Shown: positions 1 to 8,931, counted from the stretch's first letter. The stretch: DNA of 64,000 bases from Candidatus Latescibacterota bacterium (GCA_965204375.1 OZ241986.1:5248001-5312000); one strand, 5' to 3'. Numbers and translations: made by a program. The notes: a model not told the origin generated them from the letters alone.

Positions 1-557
1 GTCGCGCAGACTACGATGATTTGGTCAGAAACGACGCGCCTGTTTTGCTATTCAGTGTTAGTAAGACACACTCGAAATACGCGGCGGATTATATTCGGAG
101 TGGGGAGCAAAGGGGTTATAACACGCGGTTTTTAACGAAAAACCGAAATCCCTGGTACAAGACGGAAAGGAGAGCACCTGCACCACTTCTGCTTGGCGTC
201 TTTTCTCGCGGAGGTTACAAGATTATTCGCAACAGAAGTGAGGTGTTGAACTTGACGTGTTTTCACGGCTTTCAGCCCAATATTATTGGTATGGCATATC
301 TCGACCGCCTGTTTCTCTATCTGGCCTCTGCGCCGGGGCGAGATGTAGTTTCATTATGTGTTCGAAGATACGGCGACGCGCTGGATAAGTTCGAGCCTAA
401 TGATCTGAATCAGGCACTTGTACCAGGCCAACAGGTGTTTGATGAACTTTCGAATAGGGAGGTCGCGAAAGCCGTTCGCTGTACAGAAAGAACCGGAAAA
501 ACGCCCGGCTGGATAGACACTTTCTTTGAGCAATTGATGATACCCACCGACCATTAG
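1..557 (+). CDS. C-terminal part of an N6-adenine DNA methyltransferase (Eco57I/TaqI-like), probably starting upstream of the window
   Basis: RNPWYKTERRAPAPLLLGVFSR and RRYGDALDKFEPNDL resemble the C-terminal region of class I N-6 DNA methylases; catalytic motifs are not in the window. Confidence 0.6.
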   Translation, partial: RADYDDLVRNDAPVLLFSVSKTHSKYAADYIRSGEQRGYNTRFLTKNRNPWYKTERRAPAPLLLGVFSRGGYKIIRNRSEVLNLTCFHGFQPNIIGMAYLDRLFLYLASAPGRDVVSLCVRRYGDALDKFEPNDLNQALVPGQQVFDELSNREVAKAVRCTERTGKTPGWIDTFFEQLMIPTDH

Positions 558-593
558 CACCCTCTGTCCTCTTCCCTCCAAATCCATACAACT

Positions 594-1526
594 CTACTTT
601 TTGCCTTCGGTTTGTTTGCGATATTTTGAAGTTACCATCTCTATCTCATCGAGCAGGGCCTCAACGGATACGTCTTTGGCGATGGTGGTATTTAGAGAAC
701 CATAATGGATCTCGAGACATTCCAGGAGTAATGCCTTGATCTTATCTTCGTCTGGCTTGTGAGGTATCGGACTTTCCTTATCATCATAGAGCTTGTCGAG
801 TTCCGCTTTTTTGCGATCAAAGAACTCCCTGAGCTGCTCCTTCGTCCATTCTCCCCGACGGATTGATTTGTAGATTTCTTTATACCGATCAAGCACAATA
901 TCGCCTTCTCGCATGATCATTTCGCACTCGTATGCCAGGCGAACCAGATGATACCCGAATTTGGTATCATATCCAAACCGTTCGATATCTGATTGCCGGC
1001 GCGGGTTTGTGCGGCTTTCTGCATCGAGCTTCTTGAGCTGGGAATGGGCATAACCCAAAAACTTGTGGTAGGCTCCCTTGTGCAAAAAAGCTTTTCGGCT
1101 TTGCCGCATGAGATCATAAATCTGGGAGGTAGATAACAGGCATCTGGGAGGCAGGAATAGAATCTCCACTATATTTGGATTGTTCTCCATTGCAAGCTGG
1201 AAGAACTTCACGATGTTGTAGATCGTAATGTCATAAGTTTTCCGCTCATCCTTTGCTTCTATGCCGTGCGCCTGGAATTGATCGAACTTTGGGGGTTGTG
1301 TACCGAAGCCCTGGATATGTCCTGCAAGGTGGGGGAAAATAACTGTCTTTGGGGGGATGGCGATTCCGACAATATCTCGATCAGCCTTTTTGGGGTCTTC
1401 GCATCCGTAGGCAAAAGATCCGGTTAGCCCTTCGAGCATTATGTTATCCGGCAGCCAGGGTGGGGGATGAATGAGGTCCTTATTGGCAAGCCTCGCTGTG
1501 CGTGTGAGTTTCTTCGGTTTCGGCAT
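594..1526 (-). CDS. Pol-beta-superfamily nucleotidyltransferase (RlaP/YcgL-like)
   Basis: GSFAYG...DRD nucleotidyltransferase motif, NNPNIVEIL, GYAHSQLKK, YDTKFGYHLVRL. Confidence 0.8.
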   Translation of the reverse strand: MPKPKKLTRTARLANKDLIHPPPWLPDNIMLEGLTGSFAYGCEDPKKADRDIVGIAIPPKTVIFPHLAGHIQGFGTQPPKFDQFQAHGIEAKDERKTYDITIYNIVKFFQLAMENNPNIVEILFLPPRCLLSTSQIYDLMRQSRKAFLHKGAYHKFLGYAHSQLKKLDAESRTNPRRQSDIERFGYDTKFGYHLVRLAYECEMIMREGDIVLDRYKEIYKSIRRGEWTKEQLREFFDRKKAELDKLYDDKESPIPHKPDEDKIKALLLECLEIHYGSLNTTIAKDVSVEALLDEIEMVTSKYRKQTEGKK

Positions 1527-1540
1527 TCTCTACCTCCTTT

Positions 1541-1762
1541 CTATACAAGATTAAATTCCTTTTTTTCTTGATTTTTTTCGACCTTAAATTCGAGCCACAT
1601 GCGTATCATCCGCAAGATAAATGTGGCAATCGCCAGATATAAGACCGCATTCCATATCACCTTTGAACCAAAAATGCCGTACAACAATAATGCCAGGACA
1701 AAAGCGACAGGAAATAAATATCGAAAAATACGGATTTGCTCTTGTCGTGAAAGACGGTTCAT
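1541..1762 (-). CDS. small two-TM membrane protein
   Basis: 73 aa with two hydrophobic segments; co-oriented 14 bp upstream of the nucleotidyltransferase. Confidence 0.55.
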   Translation of the reverse strand: MNRLSRQEQIRIFRYLFPVAFVLALLLYGIFGSKVIWNAVLYLAIATFILRMIRMWLEFKVEKNQEKKEFNLV

Positions 1763-1953
1763 GATTTTGTATTGCTCCGTTTCGTTATCCTCTTGAGACC
1801 TCTCATTGACTTTTGTAGTATAACACAGTACTTTTGGAATATCAATTTATGAGTGTTTGTCTGGCATCTAATAAAGAGAATTGAGGAGTGATGTATAACT
1901 GCGTAGCAGTTCATTGCCCCCGCTCCCAATTTTTAATTACAAGGATTGATACT

Positions 1954-2496
1954 ATGACTCGACAACCATTCTCGCCACCATCTCGGAAGCTACCAGGTTG
2001 GTTCTACGAATCGAAACCTGCCCAAGAAATCATCACAAAAGCATTTGTTCAAGCAAGCAGAGAACGCGCCATCGAATTTATTTTGAAAGCTTTAGAACTG
2101 CGCTTTGATCCCGATCCTGATCAGGCTTGGCTATTGGCAGCCCGCATTGCGGCCCTCGAAGATTTGGAAAGCCTCAATAGGTTCCATCGTGCGGCGATAC
2201 AGGTGCCTACTCTGGCGGCGTTTCAAGACTTGTTATCGGAAGCGTTCAGGTCAGAATCATCCATTGGTCAGCTAGTCGTCGAAGAAGGGTTTGAGGAAGG
2301 GAGCAAAAAATACGCCATCAAATTCCTCCGTGAAGTGTTAGACCTTCGCTTTGATCCGGACGAGGTGAGGCAGTTGACCGCGCGTATTGCGGGTATTAAA
2401 GATGTGCAACGACTCAAGCAATTACATCGTGCGGCGATACAGGTGCCCGATCTTGAAGAATTCAGACGCCTGTTAGAGGATATGATAGTGGCGTGA
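1954..2496 (+). CDS. stand-alone protein with two Rpn C-terminal-like (DUF4351/RpnS-like) repeats
   Basis: Two copies of AI.F...L.LRFDP...L.ARIA...D...L...HRAAIQVP.L..F..LL; ATG at 1954 follows AAGGA; no PD-(D/E)XK domain. Confidence 0.6.
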   Translation: MTRQPFSPPSRKLPGWFYESKPAQEIITKAFVQASRERAIEFILKALELRFDPDPDQAWLLAARIAALEDLESLNRFHRAAIQVPTLAAFQDLLSEAFRSESSIGQLVVEEGFEEGSKKYAIKFLREVLDLRFDPDEVRQLTARIAGIKDVQRLKQLHRAAIQVPDLEEFRRLLEDMIVA

Positions 2497-2553
2497 CGAA
2501 ATTTCTCCAAATTCTCCCCACTGCTTGCAATCCAAATCTATCCAACTAAATCA

Positions 2554-2584
2554 CCCCTGAAGAGTATATCTCTCCAGGGGTTTT
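2554..2584. terminator. hairpin between convergent genes
   Basis: cccctgaagag...ctctccagggg followed by tttt. Confidence 0.55.
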
Positions 2585-2609
2585 AAAATTTTGCAATATG
2601 TGGAGGACA

Positions 2610-2810
2610 TCAGGGCAATGCGTCAACTCGTTCCACTTCTGTAATTAAGATTTGATTCACCACGTCACCCAAATCTTTGCCTCTTTTCTCCGCGATCTGT
2701 TCAAGCCGGTGCTGGAGTTTCGCATCGAGGTAAATCGGCAGCCGGATTTCAGCGCCCTTGCGGTAAAATTTTCCTCTTTCGGCTTTGGAGAAATCGTATT
2801 CTGGCTTCAT
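2610..2810 (-). CDS. brnA: BrnA-like antitoxin
   Basis: MKPEYDFSKAERGKFY N-terminus; directly downstream of brnT. Confidence 0.75.
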   Translation of the reverse strand: MKPEYDFSKAERGKFYRKGAEIRLPIYLDAKLQHRLEQIAEKRGKDLGDVVNQILITEVERVDALP

Positions 2811-2813
2811 TGG

Positions 2814-3119
2814 CTATCTCCTTGTGTATTGTCTTGTTTCATTCCGGGTTGCCTTACGTGCCGAGATTAACCGTATTCGGGCAGTTACCGCTGTCTCCTC
2901 CCGATATGTGTGACAAACAACCAATAAACTACCTGTTCGATCTATGCCAAGAATGATCCATCTATCCTCGTCTTGGCTGTGCTCCTCGTCAAACTCAGAG
3001 AAGGCGTGTGGATCCCAGAAAACAGTAGCAGCACGCTCAAAAGCAATGCCATGGTCCTGAAGATTTCGTTGCGCTTTAACGGGGTCCCATTCAAATTGAT
3101 ATTGAAACGGGTTAGTCAC
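2814..3119 (-). CDS. brnT: BrnT family toxin
   Basis: FEWDPVKAQRNLQDHGIAFERA...DEEHSQDEDRW...RLISARKATRNE. Confidence 0.9.
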   Translation of the reverse strand: MTNPFQYQFEWDPVKAQRNLQDHGIAFERAATVFWDPHAFSEFDEEHSQDEDRWIILGIDRTGSLLVVCHTYREETAVTARIRLISARKATRNETRQYTRR

Positions 3120-3184
3120 TTATTGTCCTATCAATTTCCACCTATAATTCACTCAAAAAAATGAGATACTTTACTACTGTACCT

Positions 3185-3325
3185 TATAATAGCAAATGAG
3201 TGATGTAAATACAATGCGAAAAATCAGATTGCCCGACGGATGCGGATGTCTGAATCGAGGCGTTTGAAAAATTTCAACGGGTGATGTGATCTATTGCTGC
3301 TTTGAGTTCTTTGGGACTGAATCCA
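3185..3325. repeat. composite diverged direct repeat: 3185-3232 matches 5026-5073 and 3231-3325 matches 8325-8419
   Basis: Manual alignment gives 43/48 and about 87/95 identities. Confidence 0.9.
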
Positions 3326-3342
3326 TTTCCTTTTGTTGGACC

Positions 3343-4977
3343 TTACTTTACGAACCGATTAAATACATTCTCCATCATGCGTTGCACGCGCGGGTCCGGG
3401 CCTTGCGGCTCGGCAACCCGCGCGGGTAGTACGTGGCCGGGAGGCGATGACAAACCTTGCGCCCACCAGATCGTCCCGGCGTTGAACACAAAGTTGTTCC
3501 TGGGCCCGTCGTAGATCGTCGCGACATGGGGCGGTCTGACTTTTCCCTGGTTATTTTTCGTGGTGCCTTTCGCCAGGATTTCCATCCCGGGCTGATCGTA
3601 AGGGGGAGAACCATGCCATTCCCATCCCACCAGGCCTTTGATTGCGTCGCCTTCTTTCAGGTCTGTGCCTTGATATAGCCAGTGATCGGGCTTGACGCAG
3701 ACCCAGTCTCCGCCGCCGCCGATACCGGCCGTACGTCCACCCATAAGCAGCGCCCCGTCCGGCCCTGGCGGAGACTTGGCGGGGGTGCCGCGTCGCTTGT
3801 TCAACATCTTGCTGAGTTCCTCACCAAAGAACTTATCTTCGCGTCGCATAATCCGGTGGAGCTGCCCCTCGGCAGAGGGCAGCAAAGGCACCACACCCCA
3901 AACCGAATTACCACTCAGGAACGCAAGGTTGACGCCCGCGTCTCGGGCCGCGCTGACGTTGTCATACATCTCCCGCGTCCAATACTCGTCATGGCCCACG
4001 GAGATAAAGCCTTTGGTGCGTTGTAATCTCGGACCGTGCCTGTGCGTATCCACATTTGAGATATACGACACATCGTAGCCCTGCTGCTCCATCCAATAGG
4101 ACAACGGGAATTCCCAGAGAAGAAATTCGCCCGAACCCTGGGACTTGGGATTCTTGACCAGATGATCCTGGCAGAACTGCGCGTAGGGACGGTCAAAACT
4201 CACCCACCCGGTATCGTTCGCGTTGGTGCTCCACTTTTTCCTTTTCTTATATCCCGTGTAGCCATTCTCGTCGTTGTGGTAAAGAGACCACTCGTTAGTA
4301 GGCCAACTGTTGTAGGCTTGCCAGGTCATGTCGCTGCACTGGAAGAGCAAATCGCAAGGCCGGTCGTCGCGCACAATGAAGATGACGTAGCTTTGCAGAC
4401 CTTCCTTCTCGGCTGTGAGTTTCCCGAGATAGACGCCGCTCAGCCAATCGTCTGGAATCTCAAATTCTACGGAAGGTTCCCACTTGCATTCTCGCAGACG
4501 GTTTTCGCCTATCGACGGATCGGCCTGGGTTTTGCCCTGTATAGAATCAAAGCGCTTCATGGACCGCCCGCCGGTGCCGCCGTAGTAACCCGTGCGGAAG
4601 ATCTCCAGATCAAACTGGGACACTGGATTCGTGCTCACCATGATCTTGATCGTGTCGCCAGTGCTCACGCTCGTCTCGGAGCAGTAGCCCTCGATTCGCG
4701 GGGAACGCCACAACTCTACCGGTTCGATGTCGTTGATGTCGGTCTTAGTGAGCATCCAGTCGCGCGTTCCACGCTCGGCGTTTTCGAGTTGGATACGATT
4801 GCGTCGTTTTGATTTCGATGCGTTTGAATTTCCGTAGAGTTGTGGTGCGCCGAATGTTCCGGCTGCGAGACCGAGACTTGTGGCGGCGACGCCTTTGATT
4901 AAATCACGGCGATTCAGGCCATTTTGACACGTAAAACGCTTCCAGAAATGAAAAACTGCTTTCAAATCTTTGCTCAT
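3343..4977 (-). CDS. Tat-exported N,N-dimethylformamidase beta-subunit-like (DUF6605) protein
   Basis: NRRDLIK Tat motif, TWQAYNSW, VSFDRPY, ISVGHDEYW, VFNAGTIWW; start MSKDL after AGGAG. Confidence 0.8.
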   Translation of the reverse strand: MSKDLKAVFHFWKRFTCQNGLNRRDLIKGVAATSLGLAAGTFGAPQLYGNSNASKSKRRNRIQLENAERGTRDWMLTKTDINDIEPVELWRSPRIEGYCSETSVSTGDTIKIMVSTNPVSQFDLEIFRTGYYGGTGGRSMKRFDSIQGKTQADPSIGENRLRECKWEPSVEFEIPDDWLSGVYLGKLTAEKEGLQSYVIFIVRDDRPCDLLFQCSDMTWQAYNSWPTNEWSLYHNDENGYTGYKKRKKWSTNANDTGWVSFDRPYAQFCQDHLVKNPKSQGSGEFLLWEFPLSYWMEQQGYDVSYISNVDTHRHGPRLQRTKGFISVGHDEYWTREMYDNVSAARDAGVNLAFLSGNSVWGVVPLLPSAEGQLHRIMRREDKFFGEELSKMLNKRRGTPAKSPPGPDGALLMGGRTAGIGGGGDWVCVKPDHWLYQGTDLKEGDAIKGLVGWEWHGSPPYDQPGMEILAKGTTKNNQGKVRPPHVATIYDGPRNNFVFNAGTIWWAQGLSSPPGHVLPARVAEPQGPDPRVQRMMENVFNRFVK

Positions 4978-5097
4978 AATACACGCTCCTGATAACGAAA
5001 TACTTGACACTTTCCAATCGCATCCTATAATAGCAATCGCGTTATGTAAACACAATGCGAAAAATCAGATTGCGGTGTTGTGGTTGCTTGTATGTAG

Positions 5098-5260
5098 TTG
5101 CATTTGATTTTCATCCTGTTCATCCTTTCATCCTGATAATCCTGATTCAGACTGTGGTTGCTTTTCTGCATTTGATTTTCATCACTGGATAGAATCATTC
5201 CAGTGCAGGCTCTGTTCATCCTTTCATCCTGATAATCCTGATTCAGACTGTAGTTGCTTT
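5098..5260. repeat. two tandem copies of an intergenic repeat (ctgttcatcctttcatcctgataatcctgattcagactgt)
   Basis: Visible directly; the second copy carries a 28-nt hairpin insertion at 5184-5211. Confidence 0.85.
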
Positions 5261-5383
5261 TTTGCCTTTCATCTGTGATTGCTATAATAAAGGAGTAAGA
5301 AAAAAGTTGAGTATGAAGGCCATAGTTGCCAAATTCGAAGAGGAAGAAAAAACCATTTCATTATATTCTTCGAGGAGGCAACC

Positions 5384-6652
5384 ATGGCCAAGACGCACAA
5401 GCATTCGCAGTATGTTTCTCCCAACACCTTAATCATTGGGATCGATATCGGTAAACAGGTTCACTTTGTCAAGATGATGTTAGATGGTATGCAGATCGCC
5501 AGTTTTAAACTCTACAACGAAGGTCGCGCCTTTATGTCTTTGCTGCAAAAGATTCAACAGGTTAAGAACCAACATCAATGTACCGCGTCCCTCATTGGTA
5601 TGGAACCTACCGGACATTACTGGTTGCCGTTGGCCTACTTTCTCCAAGCTCATAAGCAGCCTTTTGTCATCGTCAAGCCTTCCCACGTGCGCTGGTCAAA
5701 GGAACTGGCAGACAACAGTCCCTTGAAAACAGACCAAAAAGATGCCAGCGTCATTGCCGAGTTAGTGCGTCAAGGCACCTATCACAGTGCCTATCTCCCT
5801 GAAGGGGTCTATGCCCATTTGCGGACATTGACCGCGATGCGCTATCACAAGAAAGACCAAATCGCAGCGACTAAAAACGTGCTTCATCGTATCCTAGATG
5901 TATGCTTCCCTGAGTTTGTGACCCTCTTTAGCGACCTGTCTGGCAAAACCGCCCGACAACTTCTGAGCGTGGCACCGACGCCTTTGCAGATACAAGCCCT
6001 TGGAATAAAAAAACTTACGGCCTTGATCCGCAAGGCATCTAATCATCGCCTCAGTAAAGCCAAAGCCAAAGCTGTGCTCAAGGCGGCCAGAGCTTCTATT
6101 GGCGTGAGCCAGGGTTTGGACAGTGTCTGTATGGAACTGTCTCAGACCCTCTGCTTACTTGAGCTTCTTAATACCCAACTGCAAGAGATCGAAACCCGTC
6201 TGCAAGAGCACTTACAAAACATACCACAGGCAAGATATATGTGCTCAATCCCTGGCATAGGACCTATCACGGTCGCCTCCATACTCGGTGAAACAGGGCC
6301 CTTCACTGCTTATGATGCCCCTGAAAAACTCATCAAACTGGCTGGCTTAAATCTCTTTGAAATCTCTTCAGGACATAAAAAGGGCAGGAGAAGGATCGCC
6401 AAACGCGGACGATCCAGACTCAGACGCATACTCTATACAGCTATCTTGCCCCTCATCATACATAATCCCATATTCAATGAGACCTATCACCGATTCAAAG
6501 AGGCAGGAAAACCCAATCAAAAAGCCTTTGTTGCACTGTGCACGAAACTCTTACGCATCCTGTTTGCACTGGTCAATAAACAAGAAGTATTTAATACCGA
6601 CTTCAACACGAGGAAGAATCACAAAGCACAAATCGCGCCCAAAGCGGCTTAA
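5384..6652 (+). CDS. IS110 family transposase/recombinase
   Basis: DEDD residues in IGIDIGK, GMEPTGHYW and KTDQKDA; SIPGIGPIT; EISSG serine motif; KRGRSRLR. Confidence 0.97.
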   Translation: MAKTHKHSQYVSPNTLIIGIDIGKQVHFVKMMLDGMQIASFKLYNEGRAFMSLLQKIQQVKNQHQCTASLIGMEPTGHYWLPLAYFLQAHKQPFVIVKPSHVRWSKELADNSPLKTDQKDASVIAELVRQGTYHSAYLPEGVYAHLRTLTAMRYHKKDQIAATKNVLHRILDVCFPEFVTLFSDLSGKTARQLLSVAPTPLQIQALGIKKLTALIRKASNHRLSKAKAKAVLKAARASIGVSQGLDSVCMELSQTLCLLELLNTQLQEIETRLQEHLQNIPQARYMCSIPGIGPITVASILGETGPFTAYDAPEKLIKLAGLNLFEISSGHKKGRRRIAKRGRSRLRRILYTAILPLIIHNPIFNETYHRFKEAGKPNQKAFVALCTKLLRILFALVNKQEVFNTDFNTRKNHKAQIAPKAA

Positions 6653-6830
6653 GCTCCTGGGATGAGCGGGACAGAACTGTGATGAACATGCGGGCTTTGA
6701 CCCTGAATCTGTGACGTGTTCGCCTGCCTCTCAGGAGCTTGAATGAAGCAATTTAAGGGCACAGACCCTCGATGACATACCTGTGTAAAGCCCTGAGACA
6801 TAACCGGCAGGATTAACCGCTCGACTCTCG
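6651..6830 (+). ncRNA. predicted bridge/seek RNA of the IS110 element
   Basis: Closing stem aagctcctg/caggagctt; target guides gatgaaca (6681-6688) and atctgtg (6707-6713); donor guides agcaat (6747-6752) and atacctg (6777-6783). Boundaries approximate. Confidence 0.8.
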
Positions 6831-6867
6831 TTTTTGGCACTTTTATCACTTGACTTTCTTATACCTG

Positions 6868-6890
6868 TTCATCTGCGTTCATCTGCGGAT
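6868..6890 (+). repeat. atctgcgttc 10-mer repeat remnant (right half of the IS target)
   Basis: ttcatctgcgttcatctgcggat; same family as 18606 and 28721. Confidence 0.85.
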
Positions 6891-6910
6891 ACTTTTTTTG
6901 GGAGTTTTTT

Positions 6911-8383
6911 ATGGCATCGACAACCAATTATCTCGCTTATGATTTGGGTGCGTCCAGCGGTCGGGCTGTTTTGGGGCGTTTTGATGGCGCGCGTCTGGAT
7001 ATTGAAGAGGTTCACCGTTTTCCCAATCAGGGGATACCTGTTGGCAATCATTATTATTGGGATGCGTTGCGGCTGTTTGACGAGATGTGTACGGGGTTGC
7101 GTCTCGCTGTTCGGTCCGGGGAACCGCTCAATGGCATGGGCTGTGATACCTGGGGGGTCGATTATGGCTTGCTCGATGCGCAGGACAATTTGCTCGGCAA
7201 TCCCTTTTGTTACCGCGATGCGCGCACACAAGGGATGATGGAGGTTGCGTTTGAGCGCGTTTCTCGCGAGGAGATTTTTGAGCAGACGGGTATTCAGTTT
7301 ATGGAGCTTAATACGCTTTATCAGTTGCTCGCGCAGCGTCTCGCGCAGTCGCCCCAGCTCGATATTGCGCGTACGTTTCTCACGATGCCCGATTTGTTCA
7401 ATTTCTGGTTTACGGGTATGAAGGTGTGTGAGTATTCCAATGCAACGACCACGCAGTTTTACAATCCGCGCGAGAATGCCTGGGCAAAATCAATGCTCAA
7501 TGCGCTGGATATTCCCACGGATATGCTTCCGGATGTGGTGTCGCCAGGTACGGTGCTCGGTCCTGTTCGCAAGAGCATTGCGGATGAGATGGGTATTGCA
7601 CCTGTTGACGTGATTGCACCGGCTTGTCACGATACGGGGTCGGCGGTTGCGGCTGTGCCCCTTTCTTCGCCCGATGCGGTTTATATCAGTTGTGGCACAT
7701 GGGCGTTGATGGGGGCGGAATTGCCCGAACCCGCGATTAATAAGCGCGCGCTCGCACACAATTTTACCAATGAGGGCGGTGTTGATCATACGATTCGGTT
7801 TTTGAAGAATATTTCGGGGCTGTGGATTGTGCAGGAGTGCCGCCGCGTGTGGGCTTTGGCGGGGAAAGATTATTCGTGGGAAGAGTTGATGGGGCTGGCG
7901 ATGGCGTCGGATCGGCTCGCGTCGTTTATCGATCCGGATCACGCTGATTTTGGTACGCCCGGGAATATGCCGTCTCGCATTCGGGATTTTTGCAGGCGCA
8001 CGGGTCAACGGCTGCCCGATAGTGAGGGAGATATTATTCGCACGGCACTGGAGAGTCTGGCGCTCAAATGTCGCTATGTTCTGGGGCAGCTCGAAGATGT
8101 ATTGGGCAAGACGCTGGGGGATATTCACATTGTGGGTGGGGGTATTCACAATACGCTTTTGTGCCAGTTTATCGCTTCTGCGACGGGACGTGCGGTGCTG
8201 TCAGGTCCGGCTGAGGCGACTGCAATGGGCAATCTTTTGATGCAGGCGATGGGCAAAGGGCAGATTGGCTCTTTGGATGAACTTCGCGATGTTGTGCGCG
8301 CTTCTACTGCGATTAAGACATACAGCCCGACAGATACGGATGCCTGGGACGAGGCGTTTGAAAAATTTCAACGGGTGATGTGA
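6911..8383 (+). CDS. rhaB: rhamnulokinase-family (FGGY) carbohydrate kinase
   Basis: YDLGASSGRA, DTWGVDYGL, CHDTGSAV, NFTNEGGV, LKNISGLW. Confidence 0.85.
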   Translation: MASTTNYLAYDLGASSGRAVLGRFDGARLDIEEVHRFPNQGIPVGNHYYWDALRLFDEMCTGLRLAVRSGEPLNGMGCDTWGVDYGLLDAQDNLLGNPFCYRDARTQGMMEVAFERVSREEIFEQTGIQFMELNTLYQLLAQRLAQSPQLDIARTFLTMPDLFNFWFTGMKVCEYSNATTTQFYNPRENAWAKSMLNALDIPTDMLPDVVSPGTVLGPVRKSIADEMGIAPVDVIAPACHDTGSAVAAVPLSSPDAVYISCGTWALMGAELPEPAINKRALAHNFTNEGGVDHTIRFLKNISGLWIVQECRRVWALAGKDYSWEELMGLAMASDRLASFIDPDHADFGTPGNMPSRIRDFCRRTGQRLPDSEGDIIRTALESLALKCRYVLGQLEDVLGKTLGDIHIVGGGIHNTLLCQFIASATGRAVLSGPAEATAMGNLLMQAMGKGQIGSLDELRDVVRASTAIKTYSPTDTDAWDEAFEKFQRVM

Positions 8384-8931
8384 TCTATTGCCGCTTTGAG
8401 TTCTTTGGGGCTGAATCCAGAGGGACCGTGTTTGCCCGCGTAGGCGATGCGGTTGTCCGTGCCGATGAGGTAGAGGCGTTCGGGCCAGGCGACGTAGTCG
8501 TTCATGACAGCGTCGTCCATGTCGTCAACGTAGGTGCGTATGCCGTATTGCATGGCGTCTTCGCATGTTTTTGCAACTTTTCGGCGTTCCGCAAGGGTTT
8601 TTGGGTCGTAGATGCCCGTGTCTCTGAGTTTCCAGCCGTCTTCTGGATGGGCTTCGCGGATGTAGATTACGAGAAAGTGTACCCGGTTGTGATATGTTGC
8701 ATAGAGGTCGCGGAGGCTGACCGCCTCGCGGACAAAGGGCGGTCACGTGAAGCTGCCGAAGATGAGTGCAACGGGTTTGTCTTTGCATAGTTGCGAGAGG
8801 CGCACGGGGTTTTCGCCGTTGATGTCCGATAGTTCAAAGTCTGGTGCGAAGTCTCCTGCTTTGGGCGCTCGGGGGTCATTTTGGCTGAGCCAGGCAAAGG
8901 CTTCGGCGCGATTTTGGAAGGTGTTGGGCAT
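8368..8931 (-). CDS. iodothyronine deiodinase-like selenoprotein (Sec TGA at 8743-8745)
   Basis: Read-through gives FGSFT-U-PPFV...IYIREAHPEDGW...YVAWPERLYLI; stem-loop 3' of the TGA. The ORF track splits it into 8743-8931 and 8368-8553. Confidence 0.92.

Larger units (their letters stand above)
5276..6867 (+). mobile_element. IS110-family insertion sequence, IS1111-type (non-coding right end)
   Basis: TG core at 5276-5277 and 6866-6867; subterminal IRs tataataaag (5283-5292) and ctttcttata (6854-6863); removing the element restores 10-bp repeat periodicity. Confidence 0.9.

Noticed and set aside
8743-8745. In-frame stops at 8743, 54164 and 54811 as pseudogene lesions
   Set aside because: All are TGA at catalytic Cys/Sec positions with conserved frames on both sides, and tRNA-Sec is present.
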